Positions 50,992-64,000 of a DNA stretch of 64,000 nucleotides are shown in pieces. Each line of letters starts with the position of its first letter. Position 1 is the stretch's first letter. The notes under the pieces are model-generated. The model was not told the DNA's origin, did not search any database, and was given only the letters and a program-made list of their open reading frames with translations. The translations under genes and the position numbers were made by a program. This DNA is from Thelocarpon superellum (Eukaryota), in NCBI GenBank assembly GCA_026025795.1, contig JAPEUG010000004.1, forward strand, positions 1 to 64,000, given 5' to 3'.

Positions 50992-52461
50992 TCAACTCAT
51001 GGCCGCCGCGGTCGCGCCACCGACCCCTCCGCCCCGGCCCCCGTCATCCACACCCTGTGAGGCCGATGCCGATGAGGTAGACCGCTCGAGCGACGGCTCC
51101 ACCGGCGCGGCGGGCAGGTTTTCAATCTGCTTCTGGAGGAAGGCCTTCTCGTCGATGAACTGCTCGTCTTCAAGCCGGTCCTCGAGAAAGCCGGAGAGGA
51201 AGCGGACAAGGCGCGTTCGATTGTTGATGAGGATACGCTGGACCGCGACGGATTTGTGCGGATTGGCGACAAAGACCTGGCTTGGCGCGTAAGTGGACAG
51301 ATGCGCGGCGGGGGCGGGTCCCGGGGACACGCACCTTGAAGACATGAAAACCCTCGTACTGCACCATCTTCCGGTCGTCCTTGAGCAGATTCATGCAGAG
51401 CTTGAGGTTTTCGCCCCGATCGACGTAGGTGGTCATGACCTGGAAATTGGCGCGATCCAAGAGGATCTCCCCCAGCAACTTGATGGACTGCCGTTTGGTC
51501 ACGTAGCTGCTGGATTGGACCAAGATGGAGTTGTAATTGGAGAAGAAGCGGTCAAAGTTGACGCTGAGGTAGTGCGACACGAGCTGCTTGTGCTTCGTCA
51601 AGAGGTCCTAGAGGCATAATGAGCGGGGGCCGACGACGTGGACGGGGCGCAGAAGGGCCATCGGGGGCTCACGCGAAACGTGGTAAAGGCATCGGCGCTG
51701 ACTTCAAAGGCGCCCTTGTCAATCCAATCGAAAAATCGCCAGAAGACGCCGAGTCCGCTCTGTGGCACATCGGGATTGATGGCGGGAAGATCCCATCCGT
51801 CGGCGCCCGCCGGGCCGCCCTGTGGCTCGTCGTAGAGGATCATGGCGGTGATGGCGTCGTGCTTGAGGATCTCCCGCAGTACGGTCCCGCACGGCATGGC
51901 GCTCTCGCGGTAATCGTAGCCGCGGCAGAGGGCGATGATGACCTCCGGACGATGGTTGATGACATAGTTCAGCGCCAAGGGCTCGGCCGTGGCTTGGCTG
52001 TTGGGCGGCGTGAAGCGGAAGATGTAGGAGAAGATGACCTGGCTGTCCTTGCGACTCTCAAACGGGAGCTGGTGGATGGCCGTGGCCAGGTGGATCAGCA
52101 CGTCTTCTTGGACGAGGGCCGACACCAGCTGGGAGGACTGTTCCGGGCTGCTGTCGGTGTCTGCGCCGCCGTCCTGATCAGCAGCGGTCTCCCTCCTGTC
52201 CGGCGCCGGTCGGCGAGATCGGTCCGACACGTACCGTGTGTGCCTTGCAAGATGAATTTCATCTGCGACAGCACCTTGGCCAATTCCTCTGCCTAGGTCC
52301 CATGCATCAGCGCCCGAGCTCGGCGCGCGTGTCTGCAGCGGGGAGGGGGACGATACCTTTTGCGGGCCGCCCGGACCTTTCAATCGGGGGACCAACTCTT
52401 TGATGAGCCGAGGCAAGTCCGAGGAGCGGTTCTGCCGACTGCGTCCAAAGAGAAAGGCCAT
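50992..52461 (-). CDS. hymA: Mo25-family RAM-network scaffold; multi-exon
   Basis: [87 protein letters not shown]. Confidence 0.95.
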
Positions 52462-53905
52462 GTTGACCGGGCGGGTGCGGTGAGAGACCCGGTCCCGATC
52501 ACGACCTCGACTGTGCTGTGACGCGGGGTGTGCGGAGGGCGTGGATGACCTAGCGATCGCGCGATCTCATGATCCTCGTGGGCGCCTGCGTCGGCCGCGG
52601 CTGAAGCTATGCTACCATTCGGGACGAGGATGAGGACGGAGACTACTGGAAGAGAGCGAGGATGGTACATGTACGAGAGACCAGGGCGTGCGGTCCACGG
52701 GCGTCTGGCCGACCCGTTCAGGGCTCAGAGACTCTCTGGCGAGTCAAATGATGCTCTAGCGGTTGGTGCGGGACAACCAGCAGTGTGGCTATTGTTTTCG
52801 TCGGGGGTTTCCCCCACTCTAGCCCCTGGCCCCTCGTCCTTTGCCCCAGTCGCTTGTCCTGGTGGTACCAGTCGGTGCCCATTGGTGGAACAGATGCAAT
52901 GCCCCCGTCTCCCCAAGCGAGCATTGCAATTGGCACCGGAAGTCCTGCTCGGAAGATGCCGTCATGTGCACGACATCCAGGACGAGTAAACAGAGCACGG
53001 AGCGCGGAGCGTAGGGCACAGACCAAGCGTGGGAGCGCCTCGGCAAGCCTCGAAGACGAGTAGGCGGACGAGCAGGCGGACACGGACGAGGACGAGGACG
53101 AGGATGCCACGGCTTGCGGAGTGCAGTTGGTGGCCCCGGTGTGAAGTCTTGCTGGTCGGGAATGCCATCAGACCAATTCCTGCGCACGGCGACCGCGGAG
53201 CTACGGTGCAGCGCCATGTTCGCCGGGTCTCGTACAGGTGAAACGGGACAAACCGGAAGGGTCGACGAGACGCGCACAACACGGCGTGTCGGGTCCTCAC
53301 TGAGACCTCATCGGACCCCGGCCCACGAGAAGTGGTCGATTCTACATGATAGCAGGGAGATCCATCCGGCGCGTTCTGGTAGGCGCCATTCGACGCATGG
53401 TACCTGCATCGGGAGGCATGTTGTACGTAGGTCTCGCGTGAAGTCTATAAGAGGGCGCTGGAGGTCGTCGACGTGCACCTCACCTCATCCACTTCGCCCG
53501 GACAAGTGACTGCCACGCCGCGACGGATGGCGGGAATCAGATTACATTCGTCCAGATCCTCGTGAGCTATCGAGAAGTGCGCCGAAAATCTTCTCCTTCG
53601 ACGATCCATGGTGCGTGATATCTTACAAAGCACACGAAACAGCAATGCATTTCCACGCCTGCGCGATGCGATCGGCACCAGACGACGTGGTCCGGCCGTG
53701 GGGAGGGAACATGGGAAGGGGCCGTCAAGCACGTGAGGACCATGAGGGCAGGTGACATCTCGCTAGATCGCAGGACCAAATGACCAAAAAGTAAAGCGGC
53801 AAAACGGCAAAGCAGCAGAACGACAAGACGACAAGGACGCAGAGGGATCGAGGCACGGATCGGGTCGGGCCGGGCTGGGCTGGGCAGGGTTGACCTCGCG
53901 CTCGG

Positions 53906-56900
53906 TCAGCGGATCGTCTTGCTCAACGCGCGAATCTCGGGATCCGGCAGCGCCGCCATCCAGAGACATCGGTCGATCAAGCCGTCGATCGGCGGGAAGT
54001 TATACTTGGTGCTTCCCTCGATCAATCGCAAGAGGTTCTTGACGACCGACGCCGTGGTGCGGTAGCGTTCGAAGTTGACCAGGCTCTCCGTCCCGCCCGC
54101 GCCGGCGACACGCGATGGCCGGTGCGAGTTGAAGACGAGGTCATGGGTGTAGATACCTAGGCGCACCAAACCCCGTTAGTCTCACCCGCCTCCAACGAGG
54201 CACGCGCCGCATGCAGGGCGCGGAACTCAGGACTCAGGACTCAGGACTCACCGAGGAAAGGGATGCAGCCTTCTTCCGCCGTGCCTGTCTCCATCTCTAC
54301 GCGCAGATTGTGGAAGTTGCGCACGGGCTGGATCAGGTTCTCAAGCACCTTCAGCGCCCGCACATCCACCGCCGGCACCAGCTTCCACGTCTCCGTCAGC
54401 CGCGAGCAGTCAGTCGAGAGGAGCGCCACTGTGAGCTGGTACATGGTCGCATAGTTGCGATAGCGGCGCGCGTGCTTGGCAATCTGGATGAACTTGGACA
54501 GCGTGCGCGCGCGCTCGTGCACCTCGCGCGTCATCACAATCTCGGACAGCGCCCACTTGACCATGACGTTGAACCGCGCAATCACCAGCTCGACGCCGCG
54601 CGGCTCCTGCGCCTTGAGATACTCCACCCAATTGTGCACCGGCGGAAGCGTCTGCCGCCATCGCAGCTCCACCAGGTCCCGCCAGTCGATCTCGCTCAGG
54701 GCATCCTTCTCGCACAAGGTGAGCTGCTGCGCCACTACCTCCGCCTCGTACCCGAGGATGAAGGGGATGTGCACCACCACCGCCCGCGCGCTCCCCGCCG
54801 GCCCCCACCCCCGTCCCGGCTCGGCGTGATCCGCGTAGCCGGGCGACGGCGACCGATGGCGGTCCAGGCCACGCGACAGTGCATGGTCGACGGGCGAAGC
54901 CTCCGGCGTCAAGGGCGGGTTCAGGAAGCGGCTGGGCTTGGACGCCATGTTCACCGGCGCCGTCGGTTCCGCCGACGGCGGTGGCGACGGTGGATGCCGC
55001 AATGGATGCGCCGTCAGCCCGTGGTCCGATAGCATCGTCTCGGCCTCGGGCGGAAAGGAGGTCGAACTGGCGCTCTTGACGTTGATCTCGGGGATGCCGT
55101 CGAGGGAAAGCTCCGAGGAGAGATCGCTCAGGTCCTCGTCCTCGTCCAAAAGGAAGGATTCACGCGGATCATCCTCATCCAAGAGAAAAGATTCGTGCCC
55201 GCTCTGGGGCCGCGGTTGCGCGAGCCCGTCGAGTGTCCGGCGCGGTCGCCGCCGACTCGGCGACTCGAGCGTCTGGACCGAGGGGTGCGGGACCTGGGCT
55301 GTGCTGGCCCGCGGGGTCGACAACGACGAACAGGCGTGGCTTCGTCCATCCTCGTCGACAAAGGGTTCCGAAAGCCCTCGCTCCAAGAGTGGAATGGACG
55401 AGTACGATTCCTCGGATAGGACCGACGGGCTGTGCGGCACGGGCCGCGTGGCGCTTGCGCCCGGTGTGGTTGGACGGTCAGGGCCCGGTGCCGTGCCGGG
55501 CCGGCTGCTGCTCGCGGGCATGGAGTAGTCGGGGGGAGATTCGTCCGATCCCCGTCGCTGAAAGCGTCCTTCCAGCTTGAGCAAGGTCGACTCGATCCCG
55601 CCATCGTCGTCCTCGTCTGGGAGACGAGCGAGTTTGGCCACCTCGGCCTCAAACGAGGCTCGCAGGTTGGGCTGAGACGAGTGTGTATGCATCAACGACA
55701 ACTTCTCATCTCCCACCTCCGCCAAGGCACCCAGAGAGAATCGTCGGCGCTGCTCACGCCCGACCTCGCTCTCCGTACCGCCCGTCGCCACGCTCCCCGA
55801 CATGCGCAAGATGGAGCTGCCGATCGACGTCGAGCGCGTGGTGAAGAGCGAGCCTGCGGATCGCGGTCGCCCCTCCACGCCGAGCTCGGTGATCTTGTGC
55901 GCCGCGCGCAAATCACCACCGGGTCGTCGTCGGAGCTGGCGCACGGGCGCCCCGCCAAGATACTCGGCGGATCCATCGAGGTCGGAACCCGTCAGCGTCG
56001 TGGTGTCGAAGCTTCGCAGGGTGTCGTGCCGCCGCACGCTGCCTTGGAAGGACGCGTACTTGCGGAGCGACACGGAACGCGTGGACTTGAACGATCGCCC
56101 GCGGGACCGGGAGGACGGCGGATAGGTGCTTTCGGGATGTTGCGGTGGCGTGGCCGGATGTTGGCGAGCGCCGGCTGTGATCCCCCGTGACGGGGTCTGG
56201 TCGACCGAAAGCGAGCGGCGGCCGGATGCGCCCACGGGATGGCTCTCGGGCATGTCCGGTTGCGCCGGAGACAACGACTGGATGGGTTTCACGGGGAGGG
56301 GAAGCCCCTCGGCCGACCTCCACGTCTCCAATGCGGTGGGACCCTCAACGGCTGGCAGCGGCAGCGGCAGCGGCGGCGGTGGCGGTGCCGTGTCGTTGAC
56401 GATCACGATGGACTTGCTACCCATCGACACGCCCGACACGTCTCGCTCCGTCGCTGGAAGATCGTGTAGGGGGTCGTGTCGGAGCGCGCCCGCTCCCTCC
56501 TCCACCTCGGCATGCAGCTGTTCCCAAAGGAATTGGAGACGGTGATCCATATGGCCCGCGGCCCGCAGCTGCTCTTTGGAGATCTGGCGAAAGGACTCGT
56601 AGACCTTCTCATGCAACAGATCTATTCGGACCGGCGCGACGGACGGCGTGGAGGGCTGCTTCACGTGGCCCTTGGCGAGGTTCAATCTCGACGTGGGCGA
56701 GTACCGTCGCTCGGTGTGAGTCATAGGTGCAGCGTAGCCCGCCATGGGGGGCGTATCCATCACCCAGCCATTCTTGGTGCTGAGGGCCCGACGCACGGTC
56801 CCGAGCAGCTTCCTCATCCCTGGACCGGACCCCCCGTTCGGCTTCGGCTCGGCCTCAAGATCCGGATCGGCCTCGTGGGTGGCGCCCGGCGATCGGGATT

Positions 56901-59063
56901 GGGGCTCGTGGGCAAACACCCGGACGACGATGGGCCGCACGAGCAGCTGCGACGGCGCGATAAGACTGCCACGAATCAAGGACCCCGGCGGAAGCGTCGC
57001 GATCGACTCGGAGGATGGATCGCGATCGGACGCCGGCCGCGCGCGGGAGGGCTGCTGACGACGCGGCGCATCCGAGAAGCTGCCGCTCCGTTCGAGGGAG
57101 TAGAAGAGTGGCGGATTCGCCGGGACGGAGGCGCTGGCCATCGATGCGGATGCGTCCATGGCCGGATCGATTTCAATTGGATGCGCGGTGGGGGCCCCTA
57201 GGAGGACGGCATCGACGTTTTTGTAGGACTTGGTGGGCAGTGAGCACGACAGCGCATGCATGCTGCTCTCGCTCGCGCCAGACAGGGCTCGCGGCGCGGC
57301 CATAGGTACGGCCTTGGTTACCGCTGCCGCCGCCGTCGTCGCCTTGCCGGGCTGGGGTGTCAACGGCGGGTGCACCCGTTGGCTCGGGATGGGAAAGGGC
57401 GAGGCGGCATCCGGGCCGGGGCGTGGCTCGCCTTGAGGAAGCACTGGGTTCGCGACGGGGCGCGTGCTGAAGTCGCCCGGAGTCTCCATCAGATCCTCGG
57501 GAGAGCCGGTCGGTCCGCCGGGGCGGATGTCCTCGTGCGCGGCCAGTTCTTGGTCGATCTTGGGCCCGTCCCAGTAGAGGTCACACGTTCGGCGCCAACA
57601 CTTCTTCAGCTCACCGATGAGTTTGAAATCCGACATGCCGTGATCGGGTCGCGCCTCTAGGGCATCGCACACCTCGCGGAGGAGGGCGCAAAAGCGCGTG
57701 CGCAGGGCGCGGTTGGGGACGAAATCGTCGACGAAGTAGTTGAGGACCCAGTGGCGGAGGGCGACAAAGGTGCGGACCTTGACGATCTTGCCCACGTCGT
57801 CGCGGCGATCGACCGCCCACTGCAGACGGGCCATGAGGTAGGCCAGCAGGTCGGCGGCGGGCATGAAGGAGCGGAAGGTGAGGAAGAAATCGGACAGGAG
57901 GTCGTAGTCGAGGAAGTTGGGAGAAGTGATCTGGGCGATTAAGCGCGGGGGGGTGGCGGCGGCGATGCCGCCGTTTGCGGGGGAATAGCGCACGATGGAC
58001 GGATGCTCGGACATGGGGGGAAAGGTGAGGTAATCGAAGATGCGCGGATCGACGGGTTCGCCCGCGCGATGGTGGACGCCCGGATGTGGCCGATGCATGG
58101 CGACGTGAGCGGCGGTGCGAAAGGGGTCCGGGTCGAGCCGAGCACCGTGCGAGGCGCGTGGCATGCCGGGCGGTAAGGGATAGACTTGGTCGTAGTCGCC
58201 ATCGGAGAAGGCGGATGCCCGGAGGCCGTCGGTGGTGGAGGTGCGGGTGTAGACGGAACTGCGGAGGATGGCGGTGCCACGGGCACTGAAGCGGGGTGAA
58301 CCCAACCGATAGTTGGGGATCGCAACTTCGAGCATGGGACCGGCAAGCTGGTCGGCCGTACGCGGTCGATTCTTCTCTGGCGAATTGATGATGACGCGCA
58401 CGCCCCCGCCGTCGGCCTCGTGCGAGCGTGTCTTCTCGCTGAGGGTGGAGAAGGAGTGGGCGCGTTGGTGCTGAGGGTGCAGGCGAGGGACGGGCGGCGA
58501 GTCGAGATCAGACGGGGTCCGGCCGGCCGAGCGTCGGGAGGACCGTGTGGGTGTGCGGGGCGAGTGCGGCGTGGCGAGGCCCGACCAGAGATTGTCGCCG
58601 GCGAGGTCGCTGGACCGGCGTCTCGCGGCATTGGGCGCGCCGGAGGGGGAGGGGCCGTGGGCGGGGAACAACATGGCCGGCGGTTTGAGGGGAGGTGGGC
58701 GAATGACGGGCCTAGAGCGGGGGCAAGGGTCAGTCCACCAGGTCGACGATCAAGCTTTCGCCCACCGCGGGGGCTGTGGACAACTTGCCTGAGGAAGATC
58801 ATGCCATTGGTTCCAACGTTGGCCACGGTGAACTGTCGGCCCTCGCGTGCGGTGGATGGGGCCTCGGTGGGGCCATGATTGCTACCGGCGGAGTTCATCC
58901 GTCGATGCGTCAGCTCGACACTGTTGGCCCGGCGCAAGGACGGTTGTCGCTCATGCCGCTTCGTGCCAGCCTTCTGCGGCGGTGCTGCGGCGGCGGCTAT
59001 CCTCCCGACCGCGTCGTCCCCTTGCACGCTGGGGAGGGCGACGGCGACGGCGACGGTGGCCAT
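53906..59063 (-). CDS. LTE1: RasGEF (RasGEF_N + CDC25 domain), LTE1-like; start uncertain
   Basis: REGRQFTVANVGTNGMIFLR; DYDLLSDFFLTFRSF..RTFVALRHWVLNYFVDDF; HIPFILGYEAEVVAQQLTL..IDWRDL; GCIPFLG|IYTHDL..LVNFERYR. Confidence 0.85.
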
Positions 59064-59425
59064 GGCGGTCGTGTTGGCGGCCCGTCGTTCGAGGCGGCGC
59101 GATGATGACGACCAACGGCGATGGTGGAGTTGCAGCCTCCGACGAGGCAGACGAGGTCGTGGGCAACGTCGTACTTATTCGCGATGTCGGGCCATTCCTC
59201 AAGTCCGCGCGACAACGAGACACAGGGAGCGTTCCTGGTCGGTGTGCGCAAGCGAGCCCACGCTGATGAGTGGCCCGGCCGCGGTCGCTCACAACGTGTC
59301 GGACTCGCGTGACGGTGAGGCCAAGTTCGGGGGATGAGCGGGGGGGGGAATGCGTGGGTGGTGGTATGAGGCACTGCAGATGGACGTCGCAATGAAGGGC
59401 GCTGATGGCGGTGATGGAGTTTGAG

Positions 59426-59506
59426 GCGGAGGAGGTGGTGGTCGTGGTGGTGGTCGTGGTGGTGGTCGTGGTGGTGGAGGCGGCGGTGGTGGTCCGTCGT
59501 GGTGGT
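59426..59506 (+). repeat. Imperfect (GGT/CGT)n trinucleotide repeat
   Basis: Directly visible upstream of the RasGEF gene. Confidence 0.8.
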
Positions 59507-61713
59507 GAGGGTACCCAGTCGGCCTACCAGCACACACCAACGGAGGAGGTATCCCTGCCACGGGCGGACTGAACGGCCACCGGGCCCGGTTAAGTGGCCC
59601 GGCGGTGGGTAGGGGCGGCCAATGGGCGAGCGAGGGGAGCGCGGACTGGTGGAAAGAGCGAATCAGCGCGGCGAGGCTAGCAATGCTTAGGCGATGGGCC
59701 GAGACGGGCAGGGATGGGCGCACGATCCGGACGTGCCCAGCCACTATCACCTCCCGACCCAGCGTCAACATGATCCTACGCCCGGACGGTGCTACGCGAA
59801 CCTACCACTTCCCGACCACTTGGTCGATCACGGACAGATGCGAGCAACGTGCGACCGACGGCCACCGTCGAAACTCTCCAACCTTAGCATCGAGCCCGTG
59901 GTGGTGGAGCTCTACTGCCTGCCCCAGCTACTTGTACATCATGCCAGGTGGTCGTGCGGGCCTACGATCCTCGACGCGCGACTACGCAGCTTTCCAAGGG
60001 CATTCGCGGTGCACCCCGCACTCGTGTCATCTACAAGTATCGAGCCGAGGGCTCTGGGCAAGCGCCGCATATAGTACGAGCACGCGGGCCGCATGTGAGG
60101 CACTCCGGAGGTGTGAACAGGCCGGCGAGAGTGACGAGACGAACGCGCCCCTGGACGTCGCCAGCCTCTTTATCTCCAAAGGGCGTGGAAGGAGTTAGCT
60201 CGTACCGTAGTCTGGTCCCCGGTCGTCATCGTCGTTTCCCATACCAGAGTTGTATGACCCTTCACGCTGGGTCGGGGAGGGGCTCTACTCGTAGTTCGCC
60301 GCGCGGCTCATGATCCTACTGGCTGGACGAGAGCTGAAGCTTGGCGACGGCGTGACCCCATTATTCATCCACCGTCCAGACCGGCTGGCACTTTGGGTTG
60401 GTAGCTCTGGGGCCCTTGCCCCAAGGCGTTCACCAACCGAGTCCGCTCGGGTAGTCGGGTAGTCGGGGGCCTGGGCCCACCCTAGTTATTGGCGGACCGC
60501 ACGCTCCGTCCGAGCTCCACGAACGTCGCCGCTGGACAGGATGACTCGACCACAAGCTCCCCAGCTCCACCCAGAGGGCTCGGCAGCCTCCGAAGACGAT
60601 AGTCAGGATACTGCACTGGCCAGGTGAGCTATCGTAAGACGCTCGGAGCTACTTGCGCCGTATCCGGAGCTCCGACTTTGCCGCCGAAAGGTTCAGAGCG
60701 CTCCAGTGACGATTCAGTACCAAACTGCGCCCGTAGCTCTGACGACTTTGTCCGCCGAAATTGGCTCTGTCCACGGGAGGCCCCCTTGCCTGCCCAGTAG
60801 CGCGTCGGCTGCCCAACGCGATGCTACGCGTATGTTACCAGCACGGCATAGACGTAGCGGCGGCTCCGGGGTCGACGGCGACGGGCGCCATTCTAGAAGA
60901 TCCCGTCCGTAAAGGTGCCGTTGACTCTGGGCCAGGTTCGTCAAAGCGACGCTGCTACGGCTTTGCGAGTGATGGAAAGGTACGCATATGTGGTACGAGT
61001 ACGCGAAGCTAAATATCGTCATCCTGCCCAGTGCTGGCTGGTCAGGCCGTGCTATGGCATGAATGCGCATCATCCGAGCCGCGCCGAGCCCTTCCGCCAC
61101 CCGGGGTTGGTCTGCGGGAGGCTCCTGCACGCGGTGCCGACATCGTTCGGTCATTGGCTCCTCTGGCTGCGTGGAAGCGGACATGCTGAAGCTCGCCAGG
61201 GTGTCGGCGGCAGTAGTGATCGTGGAGCTCGATCTTATGCGCGGCGTAACGTGACCCTTAGGCGGCTACACCGCTCGTTGATGCTCGCCATGCTCCACCA
61301 CCTGATCGCTGGCGAGGCCGGAGCGACGACGACAGAAAGCATGAGCACCTAGTCAGCAATGTTCCACAGCTGCTGACACCAACTGCCAGACATAGTCGAT
61401 GATGCCAGTGATGATCATCTTGCCCAAGCTATAATCGACCGTCGCACAGCTGTAGATCAACGGCTGTCCGGTGCTACCTTGGGCATATGACGTAGCCCGA
61501 AAGGATCGCACGTTGTAACCAAGTTCCATCCTCGGCAAATCATCCATCCTCACCGATCCGCCCCGTAGATCACGACGAATCTAGGAGCTGCTCCGCGACT
61601 CGCGACCCGCAACCCGTGAGCCCGCGACCTCGTTACCCTCCCAATCACCATTCCTAACGGTCGAGCGGTGAATGGCACAAGATCTCTTTACTGACCAATG
61701 CTAAATCGTAAAC

Positions 61714-62969
61714 ATGGATACCCAAGCTCTATCACCAGAAACGATCCAGGATATCGTCCACGAGAATAGCCCCGCGAGCTCTATTCGGTCCATTCCCCCG
61801 GCCGCTATCGACGAGACTTTTAGTTCGACTTGCATCGGCACGCCCCCCCTCCCCATCCCTCCTCCTGCTTCTGCACCTCCTCCTCCTTCTGCTCTTGGCT
61901 CATTGTCGTCTGGGATTCGATAGACCTCGCCTCGGCCTCGCTCTCTTCCACCATCGTCTCGACATCCGACGAATTCTTTGCCCCCGCGTCCTCGCTCCTC
62001 TCGCCCCTAGCGCCGATCCAGAAATCCAATACCTACGTACCCACCGGAGCATGGTACGACGGGTGGGAAACGCGACGGCACAATCCTGACCCGCCGGACT
62101 GGGTCATCGTCCAGCTGGGCGTCGGTGCCGGCCATGTCGTCGGGTTCGAAGTCGACACGGCCTTCTTCGCCGGCAACCACGCGGAGAAAGTAGCCGTGCA
62201 AGGGGCGCGTGCTGCACTGGGGGCTGCCCCGGGGCAGCTCCATTGGGAGCCCATCCTCCCACCACAGCCATGTGGGCCCAGCGCCCGCCATGCCTGGTTG
62301 CTAGCTCAGCCGACCGGCACCGCGTACACGCACCTTCGCCTGCAGATGTTCCCAGACGGCGGCATTGCCCGATTTCGGGCGTACGGCCGGGCGTCGCCCA
62401 TCTTCCCCGCCGACAGCTCGACGGCCATCGACCTCGCCGCTGCACGCAACGGGGCGCGCGCCGTGGCCTGGTCAAACCAGCGCTTTGGTCGCGCGTCGAA
62501 CTTGCTCCTACCGGGCCGTGGTCACGACATGGGCGACGGATGGGAGACCAGCCGCAGCCGGGGCGCAGGCCATGAAGACTGGGTCATCGTCAAGCTTGGC
62601 GCGCCCGCCGCCGGCATCAGCTCCGTCGTGGTCGACACGGCCTTTTTCAGGGGCAACTTCCCCCAGAGCGTACGTGTCGAAGCCCTCGACTTCCGGAAGT
62701 CTCCCTCCTTCTCCTCGTTCTTGGACCAGCCACGGCGGCAAGAAGAGGAGGAACATGTCCCCGCGGCCGACGATCCGCGGTGGCATGTCCTCGTGCCCTC
62801 GGCGCCGTGTGGAGCTGACCGCGAGCACCTCTTCGACTTCACCACGGCGCCGTCCTCTGCAGAGCCAGAGAAACGAGTGGCCAGCCAAGTAACCACGCAC
62901 GTCAAGCTGGTCATGGTTCCCGATGGCGGTGTGAAGCGGCTACGGGTGTTTGGCCGGCGCAACACATGA
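61714..62969 (+). CDS. DAL2: Allantoicase; 2 exons
   Basis: SDEFFAPAS, WYDGWETRRHN, VDTAFFAGN, MFPDGGIARFRAYG, DMGDGWETSRSR, PDGGVKRLRVFG. Intron 61838-61923. Confidence 0.95.
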
Positions 62970-63312
62970 CGCCATTGCTAGACTATTGTGATTGCAGATC
63001 TAGTCGGTAGGGTGACAACGTAAACGAATTGAGATCTCGTGCCGTCCTTGATTCATGCAGAAATGGTTCTCCCCCTCCCGGTCGTGTGTCGACCGACGGC
63101 ATCGGATCGCGTCGCACCGCCACCATCATCGAACACCATCACACCATCGCACCGTGAAAGAGCACAATCCCACCATCCCAACATTCATCGTCATCCGTAT
63201 TCATGTGTCCCTATCATGACACCAGATCACTCTCGAAAAGGAACGCGCTCGTAGCTGCCGCTCCTCGCTCAAAGCATCTCCGCCCCTTCTTTTGTCCATG
63301 AGCATCAAGACC

Positions 63313-64000
63313 TCAAGGAGCATCCGGGTCATCGTCCTCGTCGTCGAATTTGACCCCTTCGTAGGCGCTTCCATTCTTACTGCCGTTGCCGCTGCCGCTG
63401 ACGTCTAGCTTGGCGAGGAATTCGGGCGGCACGGTGGGGATGTAGCGTCGTTCGCGGTCGCGATTGAGTCCGCCGAAGCCCGCGCCGTAGCTGACCAGCA
63501 TGTCGGTGGAGGTCGGTAGCGAGAAGGGCAACATCAATGCCGGGTCGAGCAGGAGGTGTTCGGGCGCGGCCTCGTCGTCGGAGCCCCCGTCGTGGTGGGA
63601 TGTGGGATTCCGCATGGAGGATGGTGAGGATGGCGAGGTCACCGGCGAGGCTAAAGTGGACTTGACCGGCGCTTCGGTTGAACCATCGCCCTTCATCCCG
63701 CGCGCCAGGTCTGGAGAGGAGTCGGAGCCGGCCTTGCGCTGGTTCTCGCGTCGGAGGGATGTCTCGCGCTGCAGCTCCAGCAGATATCGCATGGCGCTCT
63801 TGGGGAGGCCCTTTTCGCCCACCTCGGGCCGGTACTGCTTCACGGCGTGGATGAGTTGTTGCGGACTGAGCCGCGGCAGTTGCTGGATCGTCCCCACCAG
63901 CGACTCGAAATCTTCCCCGAGCGACGAGAAGCACTGCAGCCACTGCAGCAGCTGGATGACGGGCGCGAGGTGACGCCGAGCCGAGTCCACCGTGTTGTCG
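63313..64000 (-). CDS. C-terminus of a DIL (dilute)-domain protein; runs off the window
   Basis: HLAPVIQLLQWLQCFSSLG..LSPQQLIHAVKQYRPEVGE; LLLDPALMLPFSLPTSTDML. Confidence 0.8.
   Translation of the reverse strand, partial: DNTVDSARRHLAPVIQLLQWLQCFSSLGEDFESLVGTIQQLPRLSPQQLIHAVKQYRPEVGEKGLPKSAMRYLLELQRETSLRRENQRKAGSDSSPDLARGMKGDGSTEAPVKSTLASPVTSPSSPSSMRNPTSHHDGGSDDEAAPEHLLLDPALMLPFSLPTSTDMLVSYGAGFGGLNRDRERRYIPTVPPEFLAKLDVSGSGNGSKNGSAYEGVKFDDEDDDPDAP

Noticed and set aside
60700..61560. Short ORFs between the RasGEF and allantoicase genes
   Set aside because: No coherent splice model or motif recognised; a decayed gene cannot be excluded.

Overview
GC-rich, intron-containing DNA from a filamentous ascomycete (Pezizomycotina); short GT-AG introns with CTRAC-type branch points are present throughout. 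The backbone is conserved housekeeping and signalling genes: SYP1-like muniscin, a CAK/Csk1-like kinase, MAD1, a CIR/LENG1-like protein, SEC18/NSF, a MGFSSFG/EDPW low-complexity protein, KXD1-like, two large tandem hybrid histidine kinases, hymA/Mo25, an LTE1-like RasGEF, allantoicase and a partial DIL-domain gene. Two accessory intervals interrupt this backbone. Each has, at its right end, a decayed minus-strand gene resembling a DUF3435 tyrosine recombinase (Starship captain), with cargo-like genes downstream. Interval 1 (~14.0-20.6 kb) carries a divergent PTH11-like membrane protein/GMC oxidoreductase pair. Interval 2 (~34.9-42.1 kb, between the two kinases) carries a captain fragment joined to a Mutator-like transposase fragment, a low-GC cysteine-rich secreted-protein gene that the ORF track captures only as a fragment, and candidate TTAC-containing direct repeats. 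All family calls come from recognising motifs by eye; no searches were run, and exon boundaries are manual.
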